Source: Gammaproteobacteria bacterium
Lineage (GTDB): Bacteria; Pseudomonadota; Gammaproteobacteria; SZUA-229
Assembly: GCA_013041745.1 (NCBI GenBank)
Contig: JABDRN010000061.1
Location: 2,975 to 66,974, forward strand
Length of the DNA stretch: 64,000 nucleotides
Direction: 5' to 3'
The position numbers and the translations under genes are program-made. A model generated the notes under the pieces. It made no database searches, had not been told where the DNA came from, and worked only from the letters and a program-made list of their open reading frames with translations. Below, in pieces: positions 38,514 to 46,823 of the stretch; position 1 is the first letter of the stretch; each line of letters begins with the position of its first letter.

Positions 38514-39052
38514 TTCTCGTCCCCCCCGCGGTTTGGATACAGCTCTACTTTCATGTGGTCACGCGGCTCTTCGCTGTGCCGGCCTTCACGGTGGCCGAAA
38601 CGTTGCTCGCTGAATTCCTTGGTATCGAACTCGCGGCGCATCGGCGGTATATCGTCCCAGCCTTCCAGGCAGAAGTCTTCCTCGAGACGCGGACTGCCGG
38701 GGAAATTGATGCCGTACATCTCACGCAGTTCACGCTGGTAGGTCCATGCCTGTGCCCACAGCGTATGGATGGAGACCATGTCTTCATTCTCGCGGCTGAT
38801 ATCGACATGTACGCCCAGCGAGAGTTTTTTATCGTAGTTGTGCAGCATGTAGACCAGGGTGAAGATGCCGTCTTCGATATAGTCGATGCAGGTCATGAAA
38901 TTGAGGTGCGTGTAACCTTCACGGTCGCGCAGTTCACGGATCAGTGTCTCGGCGCTGTCTTTTTTGACCCTGAACGTCGTCAGCGCAGGTTTGCGCACGG
39001 TGATGTCATCGACACCAAAGTCACGCTGCAGTCTTTCCATCAAATCATTCAT
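38510..39052 (-). CDS. NuoC (30 kDa subunit)-like protein
   Basis: 180 aa; ...TCIDYIEDG...VYMLHN...IHTLWAQAWTYQRELREMYGINFPGSP is typical of the NuoC/MbhK family. There is a 4-nt overlap with the NuoD-like gene. Confidence 0.8.
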   Translation of the reverse strand: MNDLMERLQRDFGVDDITVRKPALTTFRVKKDSAETLIRELRDREGYTHLNFMTCIDYIEDGIFTLVYMLHNYDKKLSLGVHVDISRENEDMVSIHTLWAQAWTYQRELREMYGINFPGSPRLEEDFCLEGWDDIPPMRREFDTKEFSEQRFGHREGRHSEEPRDHMKVELYPNRGGDEK

Positions 39053-39098
39053 AGTTTCACTTATCGATTACCTGTTGCCCATTAGCAGCCAAATTCTG

Positions 39099-39731
39099 TT
39101 ACCAGTTATAGTCGGGCATATCCCAGTTCTTGATGACCTTCTTCTGGTTGGCCTTGTACCAGTCAAAGTTTTCTACATAACGGTTGGCGCCATCACATTC
39201 ACCCGCCTTGATCTTCTTCTGCAATGCCATGATGCTTGCAACCAGTGCTTCCGGGCGAGGCATACAACCAGTTGCGTAAAGATCGACCGGGATATACTGG
39301 TCGAACTGGTTGATGGTGTTGTAGCTGTCGAAATACATGCCGCCATTGATCGGGCAGATGCCGAGGCAGATGACGAACTTGGGTCCCTGCATCTGTTCAT
39401 AGCTACGGATGATGCGCTTCAGGGTTTTTACCGAGGCATAGCCGCCGATAATGAATACCGATGACTGTCTCGGGGTCGGCCGTCCGGCAACGCCGAAACG
39501 GTTGGCATCGAAGCGGGCCGTCATCAGTGGTCGCAGTTCGATGGCGCCGCAGCCGGTACCGAAGGCAAGGATCCATAAGGAATTGGCTCTTGCCCAGTTC
39601 GCAAAATCTTCTACCGCTTTAATAGGGTAAGGTTCATAGGCTCTTGGGCGAGCATTACTGAACAGCAACTGTTCCTCTTCCGTTAGACCAGAATTTTCCA
39701 GTGTGTCATCAGTGTTGAGACTATTTTTCAT
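39099..39731 (-). CDS. NuoB / hydrogenase small-subunit-like [4Fe-4S] protein
   Basis: SLWILAFGTGCGAIE, PRQSSVFIIGG, FVICLGICPINGGMY and VDLYATGCMPRPEAL are NuoB-family blocks. Confidence 0.85.
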   Translation of the reverse strand: MKNSLNTDDTLENSGLTEEEQLLFSNARPRAYEPYPIKAVEDFANWARANSLWILAFGTGCGAIELRPLMTARFDANRFGVAGRPTPRQSSVFIIGGYASVKTLKRIIRSYEQMQGPKFVICLGICPINGGMYFDSYNTINQFDQYIPVDLYATGCMPRPEALVASIMALQKKIKAGECDGANRYVENFDWYKANQKKVIKNWDMPDYNW

Positions 39732-39743
39732 ATTCAGTCCTCG

Positions 39744-40682
39744 TTAAGCAGTCAGCAGCATCTGTGCGTATATTATCGACATCACCCCGATAAGGGTCGG
39801 GATTTTAAAGAAGAAGCGAATCGCCTGATCGACCCTGAAGCGCGGGAAGGCAACACCGACGATGATCGCGACCATATAGATCAGGAAGGTTTTTATCATC
39901 AGTTCGCCCCAGCCGGTGGCTCCGCCGAAGAACAAGTTCATAAACAGTATCAGCTTGGTAGCACCGAACAGCGCACGGTTGGTCTGCAGTAGTGATAGAT
40001 AGGCGCTGTGGAATTCTGTCGGTGGACCGATAGGGATCTCCTGCGGCGCCAGGAAAATATCAAACGGTGAATAGCCAGTCATGCCGAGTAATGCCAGCAT
40101 CGCGGCCAGCGTGGCCACCCAGTTGGTGATCACTGTCCAGTTCTGCCAGCCACCTTGCTGGGCAGCGACGATCTCGGTGAGCGACAGAGTGTCGTACTGG
40201 ATGACGATGGAGATTACCGCCAGTGCAAACGGTACTTCATAGGCGGTCATCTGCGACAGGCCGCGGGCGATACCGATGGCGCTATAGGGGTGTCCGCTTT
40301 CACCGGCGCCCAGCGCCATACCCAGCTGGCCGAAAAACATGAAATAGATCACCAGGAACAGGTCACCGGCGGTGCTGAAATTGGAGAACATCTCATTGCC
40401 GTAGATAACCGGTATGAAAGCCAGTGTACCTATGCCGCCGGCGATACGAAAAACCGGGCCGAGGTAGAACATGATGCCGTGGCTGATAGCGGTACGTTTG
40501 AAGAAGTTCTTCAGAATATTAATGAACGGCTGTGAGTAGGGGATGCCGATACGGCCCTGGACCTTGGCGATGATACGCTCGATCAATGCCCCGACGAAAA
40601 GCCCGTAGATGGTTACTATCAATAAAGTAAGAGAAAAATAGCCGGCTTTGGACAGCCATTCGTTCATGCTATCGAAGATCAC
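39744..40682 (-). CDS. NuoH / MbhM-like membrane subunit
   Basis: 312 aa, polytopic; ERIIAKVQGRIGIPY and SPFDIFLAPQEI correspond to conserved NuoH loops. Confidence 0.8.
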   Translation of the reverse strand: MIFDSMNEWLSKAGYFSLTLLIVTIYGLFVGALIERIIAKVQGRIGIPYSQPFINILKNFFKRTAISHGIMFYLGPVFRIAGGIGTLAFIPVIYGNEMFSNFSTAGDLFLVIYFMFFGQLGMALGAGESGHPYSAIGIARGLSQMTAYEVPFALAVISIVIQYDTLSLTEIVAAQQGGWQNWTVITNWVATLAAMLALLGMTGYSPFDIFLAPQEIPIGPPTEFHSAYLSLLQTNRALFGATKLILFMNLFFGGATGWGELMIKTFLIYMVAIIVGVAFPRFRVDQAIRFFFKIPTLIGVMSIIYAQMLLTA

Positions 40683-43600
40683 AGCGCGAGTCCTCCATTT
40701 AACAGGAACATGGCAACAAAATACATGACAACGAATAGTGCATAGGTTTGACCGTTACCGTTATAGAAAATGCGCAGTGAAGAAGCCGTCGTGTGGCTCC
40801 ATTCGACTATAGTGTTCCAGAATGCGGTCGCCCTCGGTCTGACCAGGAAGCCGATAGCGCGGTCGTAATGCGCAAAAAAGTTATAGGCATAATGCGTTTC
40901 TTCAGGACGGCGTGGACGTTCAGCCGCGAACACGATATTGAACTGTTCGACTTTCTGGATCTTCAAGGTCAGTGAGATCAGCAGCAGCAGTATCAGCGGC
41001 ACCATCCAGACACCGCCGACCACGCCCATGATCATCGGTGCATTCCAGTAGCCGAAGTTTGTCACCATGGCGGTACCTTCCCACACCAGGGTATTAGCGA
41101 TCCACGGATCGATGGCGGCTGACAGCGGATCAAGCAGCAGTTTCGGATAGGCCGAGACCACCATGATGCAGGCGATCATCACACCCTGCGGGATTAGCAG
41201 GATGGCCGGGGCCTCGCGTAACTCGTGATGTTCGAGTTTGCGCTGACCGAGGAATACCGTCTGCAACAGGCGGAACATATAGAGGAATGCGATCGCGCTG
41301 GAGAAGAACGCCAGTGCCGCGATCCAGTACCAGCCCTTGTCCATCAGCGCGTTGAACATCATCCACTTACCGCCATAACCGGTCAGTGGTGGTACCCCGG
41401 ACATGGCGATGATCGCGATCATGGTAAAGGTGAAAGTGAAAGGCATGTTCTTGATCAGGCCGCCCATCTTATACATCAGGCGCTGGTTGGTGCGCAGGAT
41501 GATGCCAGCGGCCGATAGCAGCAAGATACCTTTGAACAGGAAGTGGTTGACCGTCATATACATCGCAGAGACCCAGCCGAGGTGGCTCATCAGTGCGACG
41601 CCGGTGACGATATAACCCAGCTGTCCCATGCTGGAGTAGGCGAGCAGGCGTTTCAGATCTTCCTGGAACACGGCCATCAGTGCACCGAAGGTGGCGGTGA
41701 GGATGCCTATCCAGCCGAGCACATAGGCCGGATCGAGGCCGATATCAGAACGTACACCGAGCTGGGCGGCGATGATGACCAGGCCGAAGACGCCAGCCTT
41801 GCTGACCACTGAAGAAAGCAGCGCGGTAAAGTCATCATCCGCTTCAGCATAGGCATCGGGCAACCAGATGTGAAAACCGAAGCCGCCCATCTTGATGATG
41901 AAACCAGCGGCCAGCAGGCTGAATATCATGGTCATCGACTCACCGCTATTACCAAGGCTGGATAGCAGCAGGCTGCCGGTCGCACCGTATGCGACGGCAA
42001 AGCCTGCGAAGATGAGATAGGCTGAACCGAGTGAGAACAGCAGGTAGCTCAGTGCTGGTTTCGCACCATCACGCCCGAGTGTAATCAGTAGATAAGAGCT
42101 CAGTGTCATCAGTTCCCAGCTGAAGAAAAATTCCAGCGAAGATTGCGCACGCAGCAGGGTCGCCAGTGACAGTAGCAGTACGGCGAGCAGCGGGTAGAAA
42201 CCTTTACGGTCATCTTTGCGGTACAGCGCCGCGATACTGACCAGCAGTCCGCCGCCGATCAGAAGGTAACTGAACAGACTGTTGATGCCGTCGAGGTCTT
42301 TTGTCAGCAGATAGCCGCCGATTGCTACCGCAACCAGCATCGGCAGGTTCTTGTAGCGACCGTGCACACCATCGATCAGCCAGAGTGCAAAGCCGGCGAC
42401 CAGCGGCAGATATAATTCGGGACTGGCGACCTGCATGACTGCTGCCATGACGTAACTGGTGGCAAACAATAAAAGTACTGCGATGGCGACCGGTAGCGGC
42501 TGCCAGAAACTAACGGGTATCTCGGCCTGCTCATCATCAGCTACTGATTGCTGTGCATAGCTGAACCAGCGGAACAGGTAAGCTGCCTCCAGTAATGAAC
42601 CGAGCAGGATAAGGCTGATCCAGCCAAACATATCGTTGCTGGCAAGCAGCATTACCAGCTCCCATTTCGCCCAGAAACCGGGAAATGGCGGCAAGCCGAC
42701 AAGTGCTGTCATCATGATGCCGAGCAGCAATAACATGCCACGGCGCTTGCTGATAACCGACCAGCCACGGATACTGCTGCTTTTGACCAGTCCTGCCAGC
42801 CAGAACAGCCCGGCCTTGGCGAACAGGTGATTAACAAAAAGGCCACCGACGATGAGATACATCTGGGACTGTATGTCTACTTGTGAATCGAGTTGTGCCA
42901 GTAATGCCATCGCCAGTGTCAGCAGCCCAATCTGGCCAATGGATGAATAACCCAGCAGGCGCTTTGTATTGTCCTGTTTCAGACCGATGATGTTGGAAAA
43001 CAGGAAAGTGAGGCCGCCGATGAACGCGATGCTATGCAGGAAATCACCCGCCAGAGGTAACAGTTTATAGACGGCAAAGAACATGCCTGCCGAAACGCCG
43101 ACCGAGATCAGCGAGGCGATACCCGTAGACGCCGTTTCGTAGACATCAAGCCCCCAGCCATTGGCAGGGTAAGGTTTAAGCTCGATGAGCAGGCCGGTGA
43201 GCACGAAAAGTGTTGCGATAAAGCCGATCGGACCGCTGATCAGTTCCTGGTTGGCGATGATGTCATCGATGTTTAATGTACCTGTCTGGTAGTAGATGAA
43301 TATGGTGCCGAGCAGGAAGAATGCGGATGCGATCGAGGTCGCGACGATGTATTTGAAACCTGCGGCCAGTACACTGCCGGAACGCTCCATGCCGATCAGC
43401 GCATAGGTTGCTATCGAAGTGATCTCGATAAAGATAAACAGGTTGAACAGGTCGCGGGTCATCACCATGCCATTGATGCCCATCACCAGTATCAGGTAGA
43501 GCAGCAGGGCAGAAGCGTGTTCTTTTAATCGAGGCAGGTAATGCCATGCACCCAGCAGAGCTGCGGTATTGACCGCGAGTACGATACCGCCTTCGAGCAG

Positions 43601-43855
43601 GCCGAAGCGCAAGTTGATAGAAAACGGCGGCTTGATGCCCGCGGTCTCGATATCGATAGCAGTTGCACCATTGATGATTCCAAACAGGTTGAAGCCGGCG
43701 ATCCCTACCATACAGGCCAGGGCCAGCAGGAACACCAGGATTGCAGAACCGCGATGTGCCCGGTCGAATAATGGGATCAGGAAGCCTGCACCCAGTGCCA
43801 GTACATAGATGCCTAAAGGATGCAGCAGTAGGTCTGTTATGGTCGCTGTTACCAT
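40679..43855 (-). CDS. fused tandem MrpD/NuoL-N-like antiporter subunits
   Basis: About 1058 aa with two successive proton-antiporter modules, roughly residues 1-480 and 490-1000. The ATG at 43855 overlaps the MrpC stop (ATGGTAA). The track start at 43870 is a GTG. Confidence 0.8.
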   Translation of the reverse strand: MVTATITDLLLHPLGIYVLALGAGFLIPLFDRAHRGSAILVFLLALACMVGIAGFNLFGIINGATAIDIETAGIKPPFSINLRFGLLEGGIVLAVNTAALLGAWHYLPRLKEHASALLLYLILVMGINGMVMTRDLFNLFIFIEITSIATYALIGMERSGSVLAAGFKYIVATSIASAFFLLGTIFIYYQTGTLNIDDIIANQELISGPIGFIATLFVLTGLLIELKPYPANGWGLDVYETASTGIASLISVGVSAGMFFAVYKLLPLAGDFLHSIAFIGGLTFLFSNIIGLKQDNTKRLLGYSSIGQIGLLTLAMALLAQLDSQVDIQSQMYLIVGGLFVNHLFAKAGLFWLAGLVKSSSIRGWSVISKRRGMLLLLGIMMTALVGLPPFPGFWAKWELVMLLASNDMFGWISLILLGSLLEAAYLFRWFSYAQQSVADDEQAEIPVSFWQPLPVAIAVLLLFATSYVMAAVMQVASPELYLPLVAGFALWLIDGVHGRYKNLPMLVAVAIGGYLLTKDLDGINSLFSYLLIGGGLLVSIAALYRKDDRKGFYPLLAVLLLSLATLLRAQSSLEFFFSWELMTLSSYLLITLGRDGAKPALSYLLFSLGSAYLIFAGFAVAYGATGSLLLSSLGNSGESMTMIFSLLAAGFIIKMGGFGFHIWLPDAYAEADDDFTALLSSVVSKAGVFGLVIIAAQLGVRSDIGLDPAYVLGWIGILTATFGALMAVFQEDLKRLLAYSSMGQLGYIVTGVALMSHLGWVSAMYMTVNHFLFKGILLLSAAGIILRTNQRLMYKMGGLIKNMPFTFTFTMIAIIAMSGVPPLTGYGGKWMMFNALMDKGWYWIAALAFFSSAIAFLYMFRLLQTVFLGQRKLEHHELREAPAILLIPQGVMIACIMVVSAYPKLLLDPLSAAIDPWIANTLVWEGTAMVTNFGYWNAPMIMGVVGGVWMVPLILLLLISLTLKIQKVEQFNIVFAAERPRRPEETHYAYNFFAHYDRAIGFLVRPRATAFWNTIVEWSHTTASSLRIFYNGNGQTYALFVVMYFVAMFLLNGGLAL

Positions 43856-44229
43856 TTCGACTCCGTGCACTCATCGATATTCAGCGTGTTACGTGCTTTA
43901 AATATACGCACCGCAAACGCTAGCATGACTGCGGTTACACCGAGACCGATGACGATTGCGGTGAGTACCAGCGCGGAAGGCACCGGGTCGACAACCCTGT
44001 TAACGGCATCGGCGATCGGCACCGCATCATTGATGATCGGAGCTGTACCGCCGGTGACATAGCCGATAGAGACCATGACCATGTGGATGCCGGTATCCAT
44101 CAATGAAAAACCGATGATCATACGGATTATGTTGCGCTGCGTCAGCATGCCCCACATGCCGATCAAAATCAGGCCAAGGCCGCTGCACAGCACGATGAGT
44201 GATATCGGGATGTCAGTGAGCATGTTCAT
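43849..44229 (-). CDS. MrpC/MnhC (NuoK-like) subunit
   Basis: 126 aa with three TM segments; GMLTQRNIIRMIIGFSLMDTG is typical of MnhC. Confidence 0.8.
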   Translation of the reverse strand: MNMLTDIPISLIVLCSGLGLILIGMWGMLTQRNIIRMIIGFSLMDTGIHMVMVSIGYVTGGTAPIINDAVPIADAVNRVVDPVPSALVLTAIVIGLGVTAVMLAFAVRIFKARNTLNIDECTESKW

Positions 44230-44969
44230 ACCGGGCCGGTGTCCTCCTTGCGGAAACGGTCGAGTACCGCACTGAGTTCAAATCCTACCTTGAGGCCGAC
44301 GAAGAGGTAGATCAATGGTATCGCTCCGGCACTGAACAGGCTGCCGTAAGTGCCGAGGTCCATGATACGGTTGTCGAGGAAACCGCCCGCGAGAAAGACA
44401 CCGAGTACGCCGACGACGACATAGCTGAAACCGGACATGGATTCGGTGATGGCGATCATCAGGCGACTGATATGTGATTCAGGCAGTGCGAGCAGCAGGA
44501 ACATGGTGCCGGAAGCGATGATCGCACCGCCCTGAAAACCACCGCCGGGTGACAGGTGGCCGTTCATGAATACGTATACACCGAACAGGACTACCATCGG
44601 CAGCAGCAGTTCGGTCGCTGTTTCGACGATCTCGCTGGCGGGTTTGTGTACGCCCGCTGTCTCTTCTGCACGGTCTCCCTGTTCCAGGCCTTTGTCATCA
44701 TCCTGGTTGCGTCGGGTGCGGCGTAGCAGCAAGCCGACACCGGCAGCTGAGATGAATAGTACGGTCACCTCACCCAGTGTATCCAGACCACGGTAGGTGA
44801 CGACGACCGCGGTGACCAGGTTGGGCGCACCCAGTTCCTGCGGACCTTTGTCAGCATAGTAGTGGCCGAGCTTGGACAGCGTCGTGTTCTCGGTATAGTT
44901 GGCGACGAGGTTGAAAAAGATCATCGCCATAAGAGCCAGCATTGCAAAAATGAAGATCCGTTTGATCAT
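44226..44969 (-). CDS. MrpB/MnhB-domain membrane subunit
   Basis: NLVTAVVVTYRGLDTLGEVTVLF is the MnhB motif. It is followed by a charged loop and extra TM segments. Confidence 0.7.
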   Translation of the reverse strand: MIKRIFIFAMLALMAMIFFNLVANYTENTTLSKLGHYYADKGPQELGAPNLVTAVVVTYRGLDTLGEVTVLFISAAGVGLLLRRTRRNQDDDKGLEQGDRAEETAGVHKPASEIVETATELLLPMVVLFGVYVFMNGHLSPGGGFQGGAIIASGTMFLLLALPESHISRLMIAITESMSGFSYVVVGVLGVFLAGGFLDNRIMDLGTYGSLFSAGAIPLIYLFVGLKVGFELSAVLDRFRKEDTGPV

Positions 44970-45349
44970 TTTGCCGGTACCCCGTTGCTTTCTTCTGCCG
45001 TATCCTTATCGGTTTCATTCTCCTCGGCTCTGCCAAGCTGATCGATGACCGTAGTTTCGGTTTCAAAAATGCCGATAGAGTGTGCTGCGCGTGCCAGTGC
45101 ATGTGAGGACACCGGATTGGTCAGCATGACGAAGAATATCAGGATGATCAGTTTCAAGGTCCAGGCCGGGTGTAGAAAAGCCAGTCCGATAAGGACCATG
45201 ATAGTTCCCAGCGTCGTCGCTTTGGTACCGGTCTGGATTCGGTTATAGGTATCTGGCATACGCAATACACCGAGCCCGGCCGAGAACAGGAACAGAGAGC
45301 CGATGATGAGAAAAAGGTTGCCGATGATTTCGCTGAGAAGATGGGTCAT
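44966..45349 (-). CDS. MrpG/MnhG subunit
   Basis: IGSLFLFSAGLGVLRMPDTYNRIQTGTKATTLG is the MnhG signature. Confidence 0.8.
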   Translation of the reverse strand: MTHLLSEIIGNLFLIIGSLFLFSAGLGVLRMPDTYNRIQTGTKATTLGTIMVLIGLAFLHPAWTLKLIILIFFVMLTNPVSSHALARAAHSIGIFETETTVIDQLGRAEENETDKDTAEESNGVPAK

Positions 45350-45612
45350 TCGTCATCCTCGCTTTCAAGCTTTTGCGTCTTGCGGATGGCGTAGAGAAAA
45401 ATCATGGTGGTGAGACCAGAACCGATAGACGCCTCGGTCATCGCCACATCAGGTGCCGCCAGCACGACATAGACCACGGATGCGAACAGGCTGGCGAGAC
45501 CGGCACTGACCACTGCGCTGACCATATTATTCAGCATCACGGCGAGCAGTCCACTGATGAGGATGCCTGCGCAAAGCACGACAGTAAGTAATGTGATGAC
45601 GAGTGATGACAT
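45346..45612 (-). CDS. MbhD-like (DUF4040) small membrane subunit
   Basis: 88 aa counted from the ATG at 45612. The track's longer start at 45696 would overlap mrpF by 77 nt. It has three TM segments with APDVAMTEASIGSGLTT. Confidence 0.55.
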   Translation of the reverse strand: MSSLVITLLTVVLCAGILISGLLAVMLNNMVSAVVSAGLASLFASVVYVVLAAPDVAMTEASIGSGLTTMIFLYAIRKTQKLESEDDE

Positions 45613-45619
45613 GAGCAGA

Positions 45620-45895
45620 TCAGATTCCTTTTTCCAGGTAACGGGCGACAGCGAGTACTCCGAGAAAACTGAGCAAACCGTAAACCAGCGCGACATCGAG
45701 GTAGATGAAGCGCTCAGCCTGGTGTGCCAGCAGTGCTATCAACGCGATCGTAACGATGGTCAACAGGTCGATCGCAACCACCCGGTCAACGGTATCGGGG
45801 CCGATCACCAGGCGAACGATACCGAACACGATGCTGAAAAATATCAGCACGGAAGAGATGATTATGGTTATTTCTGTCATTCCAAAATCAGTCAT
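45620..45895 (-). CDS. MrpF/MnhF subunit
   Basis: 91 aa; RLVIGPDTVDRVVAIDLL...YLDVALVYGLLSFLGVLAVARYLE. Confidence 0.75.
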   Translation of the reverse strand: MTDFGMTEITIIISSVLIFFSIVFGIVRLVIGPDTVDRVVAIDLLTIVTIALIALLAHQAERFIYLDVALVYGLLSFLGVLAVARYLEKGI

Positions 45896-45912
45896 CGCTG
45901 CTCATTCCCAGG

Positions 45913-46422
45913 TTATCCATATATCACCTTGAGGATTTTTTCGAAACGAGCGGAGATGGCCTCGGTTGCGGCAACCGGGTCAGTCGCAGCTATGTTTATC
46001 CAGTGGATGAACAGCGAGTCATCTTTGATATCAACGACCAGCGTGCCCGGTGTCAAGGTAATACTGTTGGCCAGAGCCAAGCGGCCCATAGGTGATTTAA
46101 GCTCGGTCTTGATCTCGACGATTCCCGGCCTGATATCGATGCGTGGTGAGAACACCAGACGCATGACGTTAAGATTAGCCTTTATCAGTTCGATGAAGAA
46201 TACAGCGAGGTACACCAGGTAATGATAGATAACGGTCGGTGACCAGCGGATCACACGGTACACCCTGGCGAAGGTGGAAAATGCCAGCGCGATAACAGCG
46301 CTGACTACGACACCTGTTATCACGGTATCTGAAGCTAGCGAGCCATTGGCTATCAGCCAGATGAGCAGCAGCGTCAACCAGAGGTTGATGAACTGTAATG
46401 GAATGTTCTTGGTACCCGGCAT
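45913..46422 (-). CDS. MrpE/MnhE subunit
   Basis: 169 aa; ELIKANLNVMRLVFSPRIDIRPGIV...LANSITLTPGTLVVD is typical of MnhE. Confidence 0.75.
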   Translation of the reverse strand: MPGTKNIPLQFINLWLTLLLIWLIANGSLASDTVITGVVVSAVIALAFSTFARVYRVIRWSPTVIYHYLVYLAVFFIELIKANLNVMRLVFSPRIDIRPGIVEIKTELKSPMGRLALANSITLTPGTLVVDIKDDSLFIHWINIAATDPVAATEAISARFEKILKVIYG

Positions 46423-46519
46423 TATTAGCTCGTCTATCCCCGATAATATAAGAAGTCCGTATTAAGCGAATTTTTGTACTGTTTGCAGCTAAATCTTATA
46501 GATGATTGCAAAGATGTTA

Positions 46520-46533
46520 TTGACCTGAATCAA
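46520..46533. promoter_or_regulatory. near-consensus FNR-type box (TTGAC-N4-ATCAA) upstream of the Mrp/complex-I-like operon
   Basis: ttgacctgaatcaa has one mismatch to TTGAT-N4-ATCAA. A TATAAG -10-like hexamer on the minus strand (46500-46495) would place the site centre near -40. Confidence 0.3.
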
Positions 46534-46823
46534 TTCACCCGTTGCCGCTGCGGTCAATTTCATAACAGACTGTATTAAATAGTACAGAAAATGCACCACG
46601 ATCAGTCACAGTGACCCTGTTTAGTGCGAAAATCATTCATTCTTCAGGCATTAAATGTACTTTGTTTAAACAGTTCAATTGTCGTGCCAGCTTTGCATCA
46701 TAACAGCTTCTGCTGCTTTCGCTGTTAAAAAATATAGCTAATTAACATGTGGCTTAATCTTTGCTTGAATGTAATATACAGAGGAAAAGATTCCTGAAAA
46801 CCATCACCAAGAGAAACTGAACT

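Larger units (their letters stand above)
35028..46422 (-). other. 13-gene Mrp + complex-I-like (Mbx/Mbs- or Ehr-type) operon
   Basis: All genes are on the minus strand. Junctions are 4-nt overlaps or gaps of 46 nt or less. There is a 400-bp promoter region upstream (46423-46823) and a palindromic element downstream. Confidence 0.8.

Noticed and set aside
37704-39085. Long plus-strand ORFs (37704-38357, 38471-39085), and similar ones at 33563-34099, 43263-43874, 45557-46222 and 60039-60548.
   Set aside because: They lie antisense to strongly supported genes in GC-rich sequence. Their translations are Arg/Ala/Gly-rich nonsense with no motifs, so they are shadow ORFs.
45346-45696. The 116-aa version of the MbhD-like ORF given in the track.
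   Set aside because: It would overlap mrpF by 77 nt. An internal ATG at 45612 gives an 88-aa membrane protein that starts 8 nt after the mrpF stop, which fits the tight coupling seen throughout the operon.
46570-46587. LexA-box-like CTGT...ACAG palindrome in the mrpE/gnd intergenic region.
   Set aside because: The spacer is 10 nt rather than the 8 nt of the gammaproteobacterial SOS box, and neither neighbouring gene is DNA-damage related.
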